DNA of 64,000 nucleotides from Dehalococcoidia bacterium (GCA_965226875.1 OZ245439.1:488570-552569); one strand, 5' to 3'. Shown: positions 19,595-29,445, counted from the first letter of the stretch. Numbers and translations: made by a program. The notes: a model not told the origin generated them from the letters alone.

Positions 19595-19899
19595 TTTGCC
19601 CTCCGTAATTCTTTCTAAACACAGCATACAATACACGATGACAACACACAACTAATTGAGTGCCCCGATCCAATGAAGTTCTTCTATCAGCATCTTGCTG
19701 GGGGCTTAAAAGTCCGCAAAATGTTTGCTGCATTGTTTCTGGGACGCTCTTTGGAAGTCTCTATACATTAATTCCAACCACTACTTTTCTTACCTAGACT
19801 TGTTCTTGTTGCCGGACCCGCCCAAGCGGATCAGTTGCATTGTCAGCCCTTGGCGCACCTGTGTAGAATGCCCGCATCCGCCAGCCGCAGGAGGCAGTC

Positions 19900-20775
19900 A
19901 TGGCCAATCCCCGCGCCGAGTTCTCGCCCATCTTCCACCGTCCGCCGCTGAAGTTGCCCAACAACGCCCGCGTCGCCGTCTGGCCGGTCATCAACGTGGA
20001 GGAGTGGGACATCAACGAGCCGATGGCCCGCACCGTGCTGCCCACTCCGCAGGGCGTCACGACCATCCCGGACATCCCCAACTTCGGCTGGTTCGACTAC
20101 GGACTGCGAGTGGGTTTCTGGCGGTTCAAGCAGGTGCTGGACAAATACGGTATCCGGGCCACGGTCAGCCTCAACGCCTCGGTATGCCTCAGCTACCCGA
20201 TGCTGGTGGAGGAGTGTCTCAAGTCGGGATGGGAGATGCTGGCCCACGGCTTCATCCAGCGGGTGATCAACCGCGAGCCGGACGAGCGGGCCGTCATACG
20301 CCGCGCCATCGACACCATCGCCGAGGCCACCGGCACAGCTCCCCGCGGCTGGATGGGCCCCGGCCTGGCCGAGACTTTCGACACCCCCGACGTGCTGGCC
20401 GAGGAGGGCATCGAGTACATCGCCGACTGGTGCAACGACGACCAGCCCTACGAGATGAAGGTAAAGTCGGGACGCATGGTGGCCCTGCCCTACACGGTGG
20501 AGCTGAACGACATCCCCATTTACCTGATCCAGAACCACCGCTCGCCGGAGCTGTTCGAGCGGGCCAAGGACCACTTCGACACGCTGTACCGCGAGGGAGC
20601 CGACAGTGCCCGCGTGATGTGCATCTCCACCCACCCCTACATCACCGGCGCGGCCCATCGCATCAAATATTACGACGCGATCTTCGAGTACCTCAGCCGA
20701 TTCGAGGGCGTGGTCTTCATGACCGGCAGCGAGATTCTCGACTGGTACAATAGTGAAACCGCAAACTCCGAGTAA
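19900..20775 (+). CDS. Polysaccharide deacetylase family, PuuE/allantoinase-like
   Basis: NVEEW, DYGLRVGFWR, WEMLAHG, PRGWMGP, DDQPY, STHPYITG. Confidence 0.85.
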   Translation: MANPRAEFSPIFHRPPLKLPNNARVAVWPVINVEEWDINEPMARTVLPTPQGVTTIPDIPNFGWFDYGLRVGFWRFKQVLDKYGIRATVSLNASVCLSYPMLVEECLKSGWEMLAHGFIQRVINREPDERAVIRRAIDTIAEATGTAPRGWMGPGLAETFDTPDVLAEEGIEYIADWCNDDQPYEMKVKSGRMVALPYTVELNDIPIYLIQNHRSPELFERAKDHFDTLYREGADSARVMCISTHPYITGAAHRIKYYDAIFEYLSRFEGVVFMTGSEILDWYNSETANSE

Positions 20776-20814
20776 CCACTCAAGACAAGAGAATCGAGAG
20801 CAGGGATTCCAACG

Positions 20815-20876
20815 GCCGGGAATCAAACCGGGAATCAAACCGGGAATCAAACCGGGATTCAAATCAGGAATCAAAC
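20815..20876. repeat. 12-bp tandem repeat CCGGGAATCAAA x~5, degenerating
   Basis: Direct reading. Confidence 0.85.
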
Positions 20877-21088
20877 AAGTACGCGGAAATGAGCCGCTGG
20901 TCAACCGGCGAGGCGGACAGCTACTCTTGGACAGGCGGCAATGCAGCTGAGGTCTTGGACTGCGTGGATCTCGATTAAAGTCCTGCCGTTGCCTTGCCGC
21001 TTCTGAAACGTATGTGGGTAGCACGCCAAGGAATGAAATAAAGTGCGACACGGCACACATCTTCAAAACGACTGTTGGAAGTAGAGAT

Positions 21089-22123
21089 ATGGCAACCTAC
21101 CAACCCGGCATCATCACCACCGTTGTGGGCACTGGCGAGCGGGGCTACCACGGCGACGGCGGACTGGCCACAGTGGCGCAGCTCAGCGAGCCGTTCATGT
21201 GCGCCTTCGACCGTGTCGGCAACCTGTACATCGCCGAGGCCATGAATCACTGTATACGGAGGGTGTATCGGGACTCCGGCGTCATCGTCACAATCGCCGG
21301 GACAGGGGAGGAGGGCTATTCCGGCGACGGAGGGCCGGCGATACACGCGACGTTCAACCAGCCCTATTCGTTGCAGGTGGACACCGACGGCGACATTTAC
21401 ATCGTTGACCGGCTCAACTACGTCATCCGCAGGATTGAGGCGGGTACCGGCATAATCTCCACCGTCGCGGGTACCGGCGAATCGGGTTACGGCGGCGACG
21501 GCGGCCTGGCAACGCGGGCGCAGTTCCGAGAACCCAACGACTGCTACCTCGACGGGCGCGGCGGGCTGCTGATTGCCGATGTGCAGGACCAGCGCATCAG
21601 GCGACTGAACCTGTCGTCGGGCGTCATCGCCACCTTTGCGGGCAACGGTGAGAAGGAGCGCGGCGGCGACGGGAGCTTGGCGCTGGAAGCCAGTATCCTC
21701 GGCGCGCGGGCGGTGTGCATGGACGGCGCGGGAAACACCTACATCGCCGAGCGCGAGGGCAACGGCATTCGCAAGGTAGACGCCCACGGCGTGATGCACA
21801 CGCTGGCGGGGACGGGAGAGTTCGGATACACCGGCGACGACGGCCCCGCGCTGGAGGCCACTTGGGGCGGCCCCAAGGCCATACGCTGTGACCACGCGGG
21901 CAACCTGCTGGTGGTGGACACCGAAAATCACGCCATCCGACGCATCGACGCCGACACTGGCATAGTCACCACCATCGCCGGAGGGCGATTGGGCGGCGAG
22001 GGCGACGGCGGCCCTGCCGATAAGGCAGCCATGGACCGCCCCCACGGCGCGGATGTGGACGCCCATGGCAACATCTACATCGCCGACAGCAACAACCACC
22101 GGGTGCGTGTGGTGGGCGTTTAG
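21089..22123 (+). CDS. NHL-repeat (teneurin-like) protein
   Basis: Six 'TxAGTGExGYxGDGGPA' repeats. Confidence 0.9.
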   Translation: MATYQPGIITTVVGTGERGYHGDGGLATVAQLSEPFMCAFDRVGNLYIAEAMNHCIRRVYRDSGVIVTIAGTGEEGYSGDGGPAIHATFNQPYSLQVDTDGDIYIVDRLNYVIRRIEAGTGIISTVAGTGESGYGGDGGLATRAQFREPNDCYLDGRGGLLIADVQDQRIRRLNLSSGVIATFAGNGEKERGGDGSLALEASILGARAVCMDGAGNTYIAEREGNGIRKVDAHGVMHTLAGTGEFGYTGDDGPALEATWGGPKAIRCDHAGNLLVVDTENHAIRRIDADTGIVTTIAGGRLGGEGDGGPADKAAMDRPHGADVDAHGNIYIADSNNHRVRVVGV

Positions 22124-22125
22124 TT

Positions 22126-22203
22126 TTCAACACAGAGCGCACAGAAACCCCGGAGGAATGATGGGATTAGAACTCTGTGCGCTCTGTGTTCTCTGCGGTT
22201 AAT
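22126..22203. repeat. CACAGAG-type palindromic repeat; second copy at ~26440-26530
   Basis: AACACAGAGCGCACAGA..TCTGTGCGCTCTGTGTT inverted arms. Confidence 0.7.
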
Positions 22204-22236
22204 TAACCGGCACTTAACCCGGCGAGGGACAATGGC

Positions 22237-22806
22237 CTAGTCGTCGGCCAGCACCGCTTCCAGCGGGTCGGGTTGGACTTCGCGGACGAAGACCGGCTCG
22301 CCGTTGCGGATTTCGATGGACCGCTCGAACCGCTCCTGGAAGGTCACGTCGTCGTCGGTGCCGATGTCGCGGGTCAGGCAGCAGTATTCCAGCGAGATGC
22401 CGTTGGGGTCGGTGAAATAGATGGACATGGCCCATTCATGGTCCACAATGTCGGTCACCTGAACGCCCTTGCCGATAAGCTCCTCGCGCTTGGCGTTCAG
22501 CGCGTCCACGCTTCCGGCTTCGAAGGCAAAGTGGTAGAAGACTCCGGGGATGCCCAGACCCCGGTTGATGCCGGTGTCGAAGTCCGCGGGCAGAGCGGAA
22601 ATGTCGTTGGGTTCCATGAAGGCGATGAGCTGGTCGCGGCCCACGTCAACGAACATGTGCCGGATGTGGCCGCCCTGCCGTATCTTGATGATGTCGCACC
22701 GCACGACATCAAAGCCGAGAACATTCTCGTAGAAGTCGCGGGTGGCGTCTAGATCATGGGTGGAGAGGCCGATGTGCGAGAATCCCTTGTTCGACATCAC
22801 TGTCAC
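22237..22806 (-). CDS. VOC/glyoxalase family protein
   Basis: SHIGL..DFYENVLG, YHFAF, SIYFTDPNGISLE. Confidence 0.88.
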   Translation of the reverse strand: MTVMSNKGFSHIGLSTHDLDATRDFYENVLGFDVVRCDIIKIRQGGHIRHMFVDVGRDQLIAFMEPNDISALPADFDTGINRGLGIPGVFYHFAFEAGSVDALNAKREELIGKGVQVTDIVDHEWAMSIYFTDPNGISLEYCCLTRDIGTDDDVTFQERFERSIEIRNGEPVFVREVQPDPLEAVLADD

Positions 22807-22874
22807 CTCCTGTTCCTTTCCCGCTTCCGCGAGGGCAAACTCTGCGCCTGATGCTCAATTCTAACACCTGGCGT

Positions 22875-23768
22875 CTAACACCTGGCGGGCAAGTGCCGCT
22901 GATACCAGTCCATGGTGTGCTTCATAACCTGGCTGAAGGCCGGCTCCTCGTAGACCTCGTAGTGGCCCACGCCTTGGAGCATGACCAGCTTCTTCGGCTC
23001 GCCGGCGTGGGCGTATAGCTGCTCCGACTCCTCCGGCGGCACCAGGCGGTCCTGGTCGCTGGTGATGAACAGCACCGGGCGCGGCGAGATGTGGCCCACC
23101 ACCCACTCCGGGTTGAACCCCAGGGTATCGTCGATGTACTCGACGGGTATGGTCATAACGGCGTTGGGGTTATTGGCCCGCTGCGCGGCGGCCAGAGCGG
23201 CCGACTGGCGGTCGGGCAGCAGGATTTCGCCGCGCTCGACCATATCGGATTTGCCGGTCATGGCGCGCTGGATGCGGTCGTCCTTGGAGCGGTTCAGCAG
23301 GTCGAACCACTCGTCCATGCGGCGCACACGGCTCATCCAACGGGCGCCGTGGCCGATGCCCACCACGCTGACCACGCACTTGGCCCTCTGGTCGATGGCG
23401 GCGGTCCAGCAGACGGTGGCGCCGCCGTAGCTGGTGCCGTAGATCCCGATGCGGTTCTCGTCAACCTCGGGCTGCTCGCCCAGGAAGGTCATGGCGGCCT
23501 GCACGTCGGAGACGCGGCTGTGGGGCGCCAGCCGCAGCGGCGAGACGCCCTCGCTCTGCCCCCAGCCCTTGTAGTCGAAGGCCATGGCCACGTAGCCCGC
23601 TTCGTTCAGCACCCGGGCATTGTCGGGCAGGTACAGGTCCTTGACGCCAGTGTAGCCGTGGCACAACAACACCGCGGCCCGCTGTTCGCCGGGGGCCAGG
23701 TCGTCGGGCGTGTAGACATCGCCCTGGAGCTTGAATCCCTCGCTGTAAAACTCGACCGCTCGCTTCAT
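22875..23768 (-). CDS. Alpha/beta hydrolase
   Basis: CHGY, FDYKGWGQS, GTSYGG nucleophile elbow, D and H triad residues. Confidence 0.88.
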   Translation of the reverse strand: MKRAVEFYSEGFKLQGDVYTPDDLAPGEQRAAVLLCHGYTGVKDLYLPDNARVLNEAGYVAMAFDYKGWGQSEGVSPLRLAPHSRVSDVQAAMTFLGEQPEVDENRIGIYGTSYGGATVCWTAAIDQRAKCVVSVVGIGHGARWMSRVRRMDEWFDLLNRSKDDRIQRAMTGKSDMVERGEILLPDRQSAALAAAQRANNPNAVMTIPVEYIDDTLGFNPEWVVGHISPRPVLFITSDQDRLVPPEESEQLYAHAGEPKKLVMLQGVGHYEVYEEPAFSQVMKHTMDWYQRHLPARC

Positions 23769-23858
23769 TAGCAAATCTCCTGCGATTTTGGGGCGGGCTG
23801 AGCGCCAGATTCAGCCACGGCTAACTGCCAAAAAGGCGGTCACCGCTACCATCCCTTG

Positions 23859-24302
23859 TTACCATCTCTTGTAGGGCAGGAATTTCCCGGACATAGTGAC
23901 CTTTACCCGGTCGCCGTAAGGGTCCTCTTCTTTTTCCACATTCAGCGTGAAGTCTATGGCGCTCATTATGCCGTCGCCGAACTTTTCGTGGATTATCTCC
24001 TTCAGCGGCATACCATAGACCTGCATTATCTCGTAGAACCTGTAGATGAGGGGGTCCGTGGGAACAACGGGACCGAGACCCTTCAGGGGCGGCTCTGTGA
24101 GCTCCTCGGCAATATCGCAGTCGAGTCCCAGCGTAGCGGTCAGCTTGACGGCCTCGTCCCGTTCTGCGCTGGCTTGGCGATAGACCAGAGCCGCCACCCA
24201 CACCTCATCGCGTCCGATAGCCTCTCCCAGCTCGGCGAAGCTAAGTCCCTTGGCCCTCTTGGCGGCCAGGAGTTTCCGTGTCGTTTCTCCCGTTTCCAAC
24301 AT
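23859..24302 (-). CDS. cynS: Cyanase (cyanate hydratase)
   Basis: [30 protein letters not shown]. Confidence 0.96.
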   Translation of the reverse strand: MLETGETTRKLLAAKRAKGLSFAELGEAIGRDEVWVAALVYRQASAERDEAVKLTATLGLDCDIAEELTEPPLKGLGPVVPTDPLIYRFYEIMQVYGMPLKEIIHEKFGDGIMSAIDFTLNVEKEEDPYGDRVKVTMSGKFLPYKRW

Positions 24303-24380
24303 CCCCCTCCGTTCTCTGCTGCAGGAAATTCCTGCGTCCGGGTGAGAATATCACACTGTGAAGGGTTTTGCGGGCAGACG

Positions 24381-25259
24381 CTATCGCCCGGGTCCGATCA
24401 GCCTCGCGCTCATATCCCACAGGTCGGCGGCCAGCTCCGCATCATAACTGAGGGCGGACGATGGCACGGCCCGGCAGTCCACGAAATACCTGCCGGACAC
24501 CCCACCCACGTCGGGCGACGAGGCGAGGTACACCAGCGTCTCCGCGCCCCGCTCGGAGTCCACGCCGCGAGCGCCGATGAAGCCGTTAACCACGCGGCCG
24601 AGGATGCCGTTGTTCCGCGCGATGTTGGTGCGCACCAGGCCGGGATGCAGGGCGTTTACGGTCACCCCCGTACCTTCCAGCCGCCGCGCCAGCTCGTAGG
24701 TGAACAGGATGTTGCAGAGCTTGGAGCGTCCATAGGCGCGATAGCCCCGGTTGCCGCCGGGTTTGGGCAGGTCCTCCAGCCGGAACTTTCCCGGCGAGCC
24801 GTGCGAGCTGGACGACACGTTGATAATCCGGGCCGGGGCCGACGCTTGGAGCCGCTCCAACAGCAGGCCGGTCAGCAGAAAGTAGCCCAGGTGGTTAAGG
24901 GCAAAGGTCATTTCGATGCCGTCGGCGCTGCTCCGGTTGGACAGGAAGATGGCCCCGGCGTTGTTCAGCAGCACGTCCAGCCTTGGCAACTGTCTCCGCA
25001 CGTCGGAGGCCAGGCGGCGCACATCGCGCTGCGATGACAGGTCGGCCATCAGGCAACGCACCGCGGAGTTGCCGGTCTCGTCGATGATTCGCTCCACGGC
25101 GGCATCGGTCTTGATGGCGTTGCGGCCCACGATGACCACCTGCGCACCCATGCGGGCCAGCTCGCGGGCGGCGACGTAGCCGATGCCGTCGCTGGCTCCG
25201 GTAATCAGACAAGTCTTGTCCTGCATGGAATTTGCCTTACCGTTGCTCTCGGCACTCAT
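24381..25259 (-). CDS. SDR oxidoreductase (retinol dehydrogenase-like)
   Basis: ITGASDGIG, NNAG, NHLGYF, YGRSK, LHPG. Confidence 0.9.
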   Translation of the reverse strand: MSAESNGKANSMQDKTCLITGASDGIGYVAARELARMGAQVVIVGRNAIKTDAAVERIIDETGNSAVRCLMADLSSQRDVRRLASDVRRQLPRLDVLLNNAGAIFLSNRSSADGIEMTFALNHLGYFLLTGLLLERLQASAPARIINVSSSSHGSPGKFRLEDLPKPGGNRGYRAYGRSKLCNILFTYELARRLEGTGVTVNALHPGLVRTNIARNNGILGRVVNGFIGARGVDSERGAETLVYLASSPDVGGVSGRYFVDCRAVPSSALSYDAELAADLWDMSARLIGPGR

Positions 25260-25334
25260 CACTGCATCACCCGGAATCCATCTGCGGCTACCCATTGCAA
25301 GGTTAGCATACGCCAGCGGGCTTTTGAGTACCTT

Positions 25335-25386
25335 ACAAGCAGGAACGACAAGCAGGAACGACAAGCAGGAACGACAAGCAGGAACG
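25335..25386. repeat. Perfect 13-bp tandem repeat ACAAGCAGGAACG x4 in a divergent promoter region
   Basis: Copies at 25335, 25348, 25361, 25374. Confidence 0.9.
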
Positions 25387-25460
25387 GCGGGCGGCTGTTA
25401 AAATTGGGGCGTCATTCGCCCCCTTCGGCTTCGGCCAAGGAAAGGCCTAGGAGAGTCGGC

Positions 25461-26411
25461 ATGAGCGCCAGCATCACTTTCGGGTGCAGCCTGAGCGTCG
25501 AGGATTACTGGGATGTCCCCGCCTTCGCCCGGCGCGCCGAGGAGCTTGGTTTCCGGCGCATCAGCATGGGCGAGCACATCATGGACGGCAACCCGCCGCG
25601 CCCTACGGTGTTGAACCTGCCCGCTATGGCCGCCGCCGCCGGGGCAACGCAAAACCTGCGAGTAATGACCGGCATCGTCATCGTGCCGCTGTACCACCCG
25701 GTGATGCTGGCCAAGCTGGTAGCCAGCGTGGACCAGGTATCCGGCGGGAGGCTGGACTTCGGCATCGGCATCAGCGGTCAGCGCGGCACCCACGTCGAGT
25801 TCGACGCCCTGGGCATCTCCACCCGCACCCGCGGGCGGCGCACTGACGAGATGCTGGAGGTGATGAAACGGCTGTGGACGGAGGAACACGTTTCTCACCA
25901 GGGCCGGTTCTTCGAGTTCAACGACGTTACCCTGCTGCCCCGGCCGGTGCAACGGCCGCACCCGCCCATCTGGGTGTCGGGCCGAAGCGAAGCGGCGATG
26001 CGCCGCGCCGCGCTGCACGGCGACGGCTGGTATCCGTACCTCTTCACCAACCGCCGCATCAAGTGGAGCAACGACATGGTGCAGCAGTTCGCCGCCGAAG
26101 CGGGGCGCGAACTGGGCGGGTTCCACTGGGGCCTGAACCAGCCCACGGCCATCTCCCTGAATGGCGACGAGGCCCTGGGGCTGGCGGTGCGCAACGTGGG
26201 CGAGCGATACGTTACGCCGGAACGCAGCGCCGAGGACATCGCCCGCGCCCTCTGCGTCGCCGGCACCCCCGACGACTGTGCCCGCGAGATGGAGGCGAAG
26301 ATCGAGGCCGGAGCCGAGCACGTCAACGTGGGGTTCCTTTCGGATGACTCCGATGGCCTCTACCGTCAGATGGACCTCTTCGCCGAGCGGGTCATGCCGC
26401 ACTTCAACTAG
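25461..26411 (+). CDS. LLM class flavin/F420-dependent oxidoreductase
   Basis: AEELGF..GEH, SVDQVSGGRLDFGIG, PRPVQRPHPPIWVSG. Confidence 0.9.
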   Translation: MSASITFGCSLSVEDYWDVPAFARRAEELGFRRISMGEHIMDGNPPRPTVLNLPAMAAAAGATQNLRVMTGIVIVPLYHPVMLAKLVASVDQVSGGRLDFGIGISGQRGTHVEFDALGISTRTRGRRTDEMLEVMKRLWTEEHVSHQGRFFEFNDVTLLPRPVQRPHPPIWVSGRSEAAMRRAALHGDGWYPYLFTNRRIKWSNDMVQQFAAEAGRELGGFHWGLNQPTAISLNGDEALGLAVRNVGERYVTPERSAEDIARALCVAGTPDDCAREMEAKIEAGAEHVNVGFLSDDSDGLYRQMDLFAERVMPHFN

Positions 26412-26550
26412 ACCAGGTTAATTATAGACCAGGTTAATTAACCATAGAGAGCACAGAGATGGACATATAGTAGGTTTAATCAAGAAAACCTCTGTGCTCT
26501 CCATGAACTCTGCGGGTACTCTGTGGTTAGCAAATTTAGGAGGGTGAGCC

Positions 26551-28296
26551 ATGCCAGATTCGGTCTCGGTCAAGGTGGAAACCAACCTGGCCGCCGCCAT
26601 GCGCGACGGCACTACGCTCTACGCCGACGTTTACCGGCCCGACGGCCCCGGCCCGTTCCCCACCATCCTGCAGCGCACCCCTTACGACAAATCGGCGTCG
26701 CTGGCGTCGCAGATGCTCGACCCCATCAAGGCGGCCAAAGCCGGGTTCGCGCTGATTATCCAGGACACCCGCGGACGCTTCACCTCCGGTGGGGAGTTCT
26801 ACTGCTTCACCGACGACATCAACGACGGATACGACACCGTGGAGTGGGCCGCCTCGCAGCCGTGGTCCAGCGGCAAGGTCGGCATGATTGGCGCGTCCTA
26901 CGTCGGCGCCACCCAATGGCTGGCCGCCACCACGCGGCCGCCGCATCTGGCCGCCATCGCGCCCAACGTCACCGCCTCCAACTACCATGACGGCTGGACC
27001 TACCAGGGCGGCGCCTTCGAGCTGGGCTTCAATGTTTCCTGGACGCTCCTTCAGCTCACCCTGGCCAACTTCAAGACGCATTCCGGCATAAGGAGCATCC
27101 CGCAGGCCCGCCAGGGCGACCTGCTTAAAGCAGTGGACGGGATGACCGACGCCTTCCTGCACCTGCCGCTGAAGGAAATGCCACACCTCAAGGGCGGGCT
27201 GGCCGACTACTTCTACGACTGGCTGGAGCATCCGGGCTTCGACGACTACTGGAAGAAGCTGTGCATCGAGGAGCAGCACTCCAACATCAACGTGCCGGCG
27301 CTGAACATCGGCGGCTGGTACGACATCTTCCTTCGCGGCACCATCCGCAACTACCTGGGAATGCGGAAGAACGCGGCCACCGAGGAGGCCCGGAGGGGCC
27401 AGAAGCTCATCATCGGCCCCTGGCCGCACAGCTCACGGGGCACCAGCATGGCGGGCAGCCACTATTTCGGCGTGGCCGCCGACGCCCTGGCCCTGGGCCT
27501 GGACGAGATGCACCTGCGCTGGTTCCAGCACTGGCTCAAGGGCGATGACACCGGAATGCTGGACGAGCCGCCGGTCAAGATTTTCGTCATGGGCGACGAC
27601 GTATGGCGCGACGAGCAAGAATGGCCGCTGGCCCGCGCCCAGGCCACCAACTACTACCTGCACAGCGGCGGCAACGCCAACACCCTCCACGGTGACGGTG
27701 AGCTGAGTCCGGCGACGCCGGCAGACGAGTCGCCCGACGTGTTCCTGTACAACCCCGGCAACCCGGTGCCGACCCGGGGCGGTCAACTGTGCTGCAACCC
27801 CTACTTCGCCACCAGCGGGGCCTTCGACCAGAACGAGATAGAATCGCGCCCCGACGTGCTGGTCTATTCCACGCCGCCGCTGGAGCGGGACACGGAGGTC
27901 ACAGGACCGATCACCGTAACACTGTGGGCGGCAACCTCGGCCACCGACACCGACTTCACCGCCAAGCTGGTGGACGTGTGCGAGGACGGCTGCGCCCGCA
28001 ACCTGACCGACGGCATCATCCGCGCCCGCTACCGCGAGTCGATGTCCACCCCGTCGCTGCTGGAGCCGGGCCGCGCCTACTGCTACACCATCGACCTGTT
28101 GGCCACCAGCAACGTGTTCAAGGCGGGACATCGCATCCGGCTGGAAGTGTCCAGCAGCAACTTCCCCCGCTTCGACCGCAACACCAACACCGGCGGAGTC
28201 ATCGCCGCCGACACCGAGTTGAAGCCCGCCGTCCAGACCATCCTGCACGACTCGGCCCACCCGTCCCACGTCACCCTGCCCATCGTGCCGCGCTAG
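26551..28296 (+). CDS. CocE/NonD family hydrolase
   Basis: MRDGTTLYADVYRP, RTPYDK, GASYVG, GWYD, IGPWPH, SSSNFPRFDRN. Confidence 0.93.
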   Translation: MPDSVSVKVETNLAAAMRDGTTLYADVYRPDGPGPFPTILQRTPYDKSASLASQMLDPIKAAKAGFALIIQDTRGRFTSGGEFYCFTDDINDGYDTVEWAASQPWSSGKVGMIGASYVGATQWLAATTRPPHLAAIAPNVTASNYHDGWTYQGGAFELGFNVSWTLLQLTLANFKTHSGIRSIPQARQGDLLKAVDGMTDAFLHLPLKEMPHLKGGLADYFYDWLEHPGFDDYWKKLCIEEQHSNINVPALNIGGWYDIFLRGTIRNYLGMRKNAATEEARRGQKLIIGPWPHSSRGTSMAGSHYFGVAADALALGLDEMHLRWFQHWLKGDDTGMLDEPPVKIFVMGDDVWRDEQEWPLARAQATNYYLHSGGNANTLHGDGELSPATPADESPDVFLYNPGNPVPTRGGQLCCNPYFATSGAFDQNEIESRPDVLVYSTPPLERDTEVTGPITVTLWAATSATDTDFTAKLVDVCEDGCARNLTDGIIRARYRESMSTPSLLEPGRAYCYTIDLLATSNVFKAGHRIRLEVSSSNFPRFDRNTNTGGVIAADTELKPAVQTILHDSAHPSHVTLPIVPR

Positions 28297-28396
28297 GCGA
28301 CTGTTCCCTCAACCCCTTTCAGCCATAACCAACCCCCACCCTAACCCTCTCCCGCAGGGAGAGGGTTAGGGTGGGGGCGTCTCCACGGAGGCCCCG

Positions 28397-28915
28397 ATGC
28401 CCCACGAATCCACCCCCGACTCCAACGAGCCGCCGGACCCGCTGCGGGACTGGTACGTCAACGAGATATGGGGCCGCCAGGCCACCGACGACGACGCGCT
28501 GTTCGAGGTGATGAGCCTCCAGGTCTTCCAGGCCGGATTGACGTGGAAGATGATTCTGGACAAGCGCGACGCCTTCCGCCGAGCCTTCGCCGGGTGGAAG
28601 ATCGACGCCGTGGCCGACATGGGCCCGGACGACGTGGAGCGGTTGCGGCAGGACGGAGGCATCGTCCGCAATCGCCTGAAGATCGAGGCGGTCATAGAGA
28701 ACGCCCGGCGTGTCCAGTCCCTGCGCGACGAGCACGGCAGCTTCTGCGGCTGGTTCTACGACACGCTGGAAGGCCGCGAATACCCCCCGCTGTCCCAGGA
28801 ATTGCGCCGCAGCTTCAAGTTCATGGGGCCGGAGATAGCCCGGATGTGGCTGATGGCCTCGGGCCGCATAACCCGCGAAGAGGGCGACAAGTACCGGCCC
28901 CGCAACGCCAACTGA
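28397..28915 (+). CDS. DNA-3-methyladenine glycosylase I-like (divergent)
   Basis: FQAGLTW..KRDAFRRAF, IVRNRLKI, FKFMGP. Confidence 0.85.
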   Translation: MPHESTPDSNEPPDPLRDWYVNEIWGRQATDDDALFEVMSLQVFQAGLTWKMILDKRDAFRRAFAGWKIDAVADMGPDDVERLRQDGGIVRNRLKIEAVIENARRVQSLRDEHGSFCGWFYDTLEGREYPPLSQELRRSFKFMGPEIARMWLMASGRITREEGDKYRPRNAN

Positions 28916-28932
28916 ACGTATCGGAGACCGCC

Positions 28933-29145
28933 ATGTGTCGCAGCATCAAGGTCCTGCGCAATCCGGAATCGCCCGCCACGGACGCCGAGGTCGAGGCGGC
29001 GGCGTTGCAGTTCGTCCGCAAGATCAGCGGCTACCGCCAGCCGTCGCAGGCCAACGCCGAGGCGTTTGACGCGGCTGTCGTCGAGGTTGCCGAGGCGTCG
29101 CGGCTGCTGCTGGCTCAACTAACATCGCGCCAGAAAGGCGGGTAA
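28933..29145 (+). CDS. DUF2277 family small protein
   Basis: MCRSIKVLRN..AAALQFVRKISGYRQPSQAN; GGAG RBS. Confidence 0.85.
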   Translation: MCRSIKVLRNPESPATDAEVEAAALQFVRKISGYRQPSQANAEAFDAAVVEVAEASRLLLAQLTSRQKGG

Positions 29146-29177
29146 GGCCCGGTTGGCCGCTTATTGATGGAACATTT

Positions 29178-29343
29178 TAGGGAGTGCCGTCATATTCACC
29201 GTCATTCCCGCGAAAGCGTGAATCCAAAGGCCATTGGCAGCAAATGCGTATTTGCCAGCTACCGAATTCTGGGTTCCCGCTTTCGCGGGAATGACGAAAC
29301 AGACGCTTGGAGACCGATATTCTTAAATTGACGACACTCCCTA
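29178..29343. mobile_element. MITE-like element with two inverted internal REP palindromes
   Basis: TAGGGAGTGCCGTCA (29178-29192) / TGACGACACTCCCTA (29329-29343), 14/15 inverted; internal CGTCATTCCCGCGAAAGCG and CGCTTTCGCGGGAATGACG. Confidence 0.75.
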
Positions 29344-29445
29344 GAGGGGCAGGTTAGCGATGTAGACCACCTCTCGGCCACATGGGCCACGTCGAAGCAG
29401 GGGTTCTGGGTGGATGTTGCCTGTGGATTGGAGGATGCCTCTTCA
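29341..29445 (-). pseudogene. Degraded, frameshifted copy of the 3' part of the SDR at 30413-31174
   Basis: GAGGGGCAGGTT..TGGGCCACGTCGAAGC..TGGAGGATGCC shared with ~30476-30570; translates 'FDVAHVAE'. Confidence 0.7.

Noticed and set aside
20815-20876. Short repeat arrays as a possible CRISPR (also 25335 and 43769)
   Set aside because: Units are 12-15 bp, directly tandem, with no unique spacers and no cas genes.
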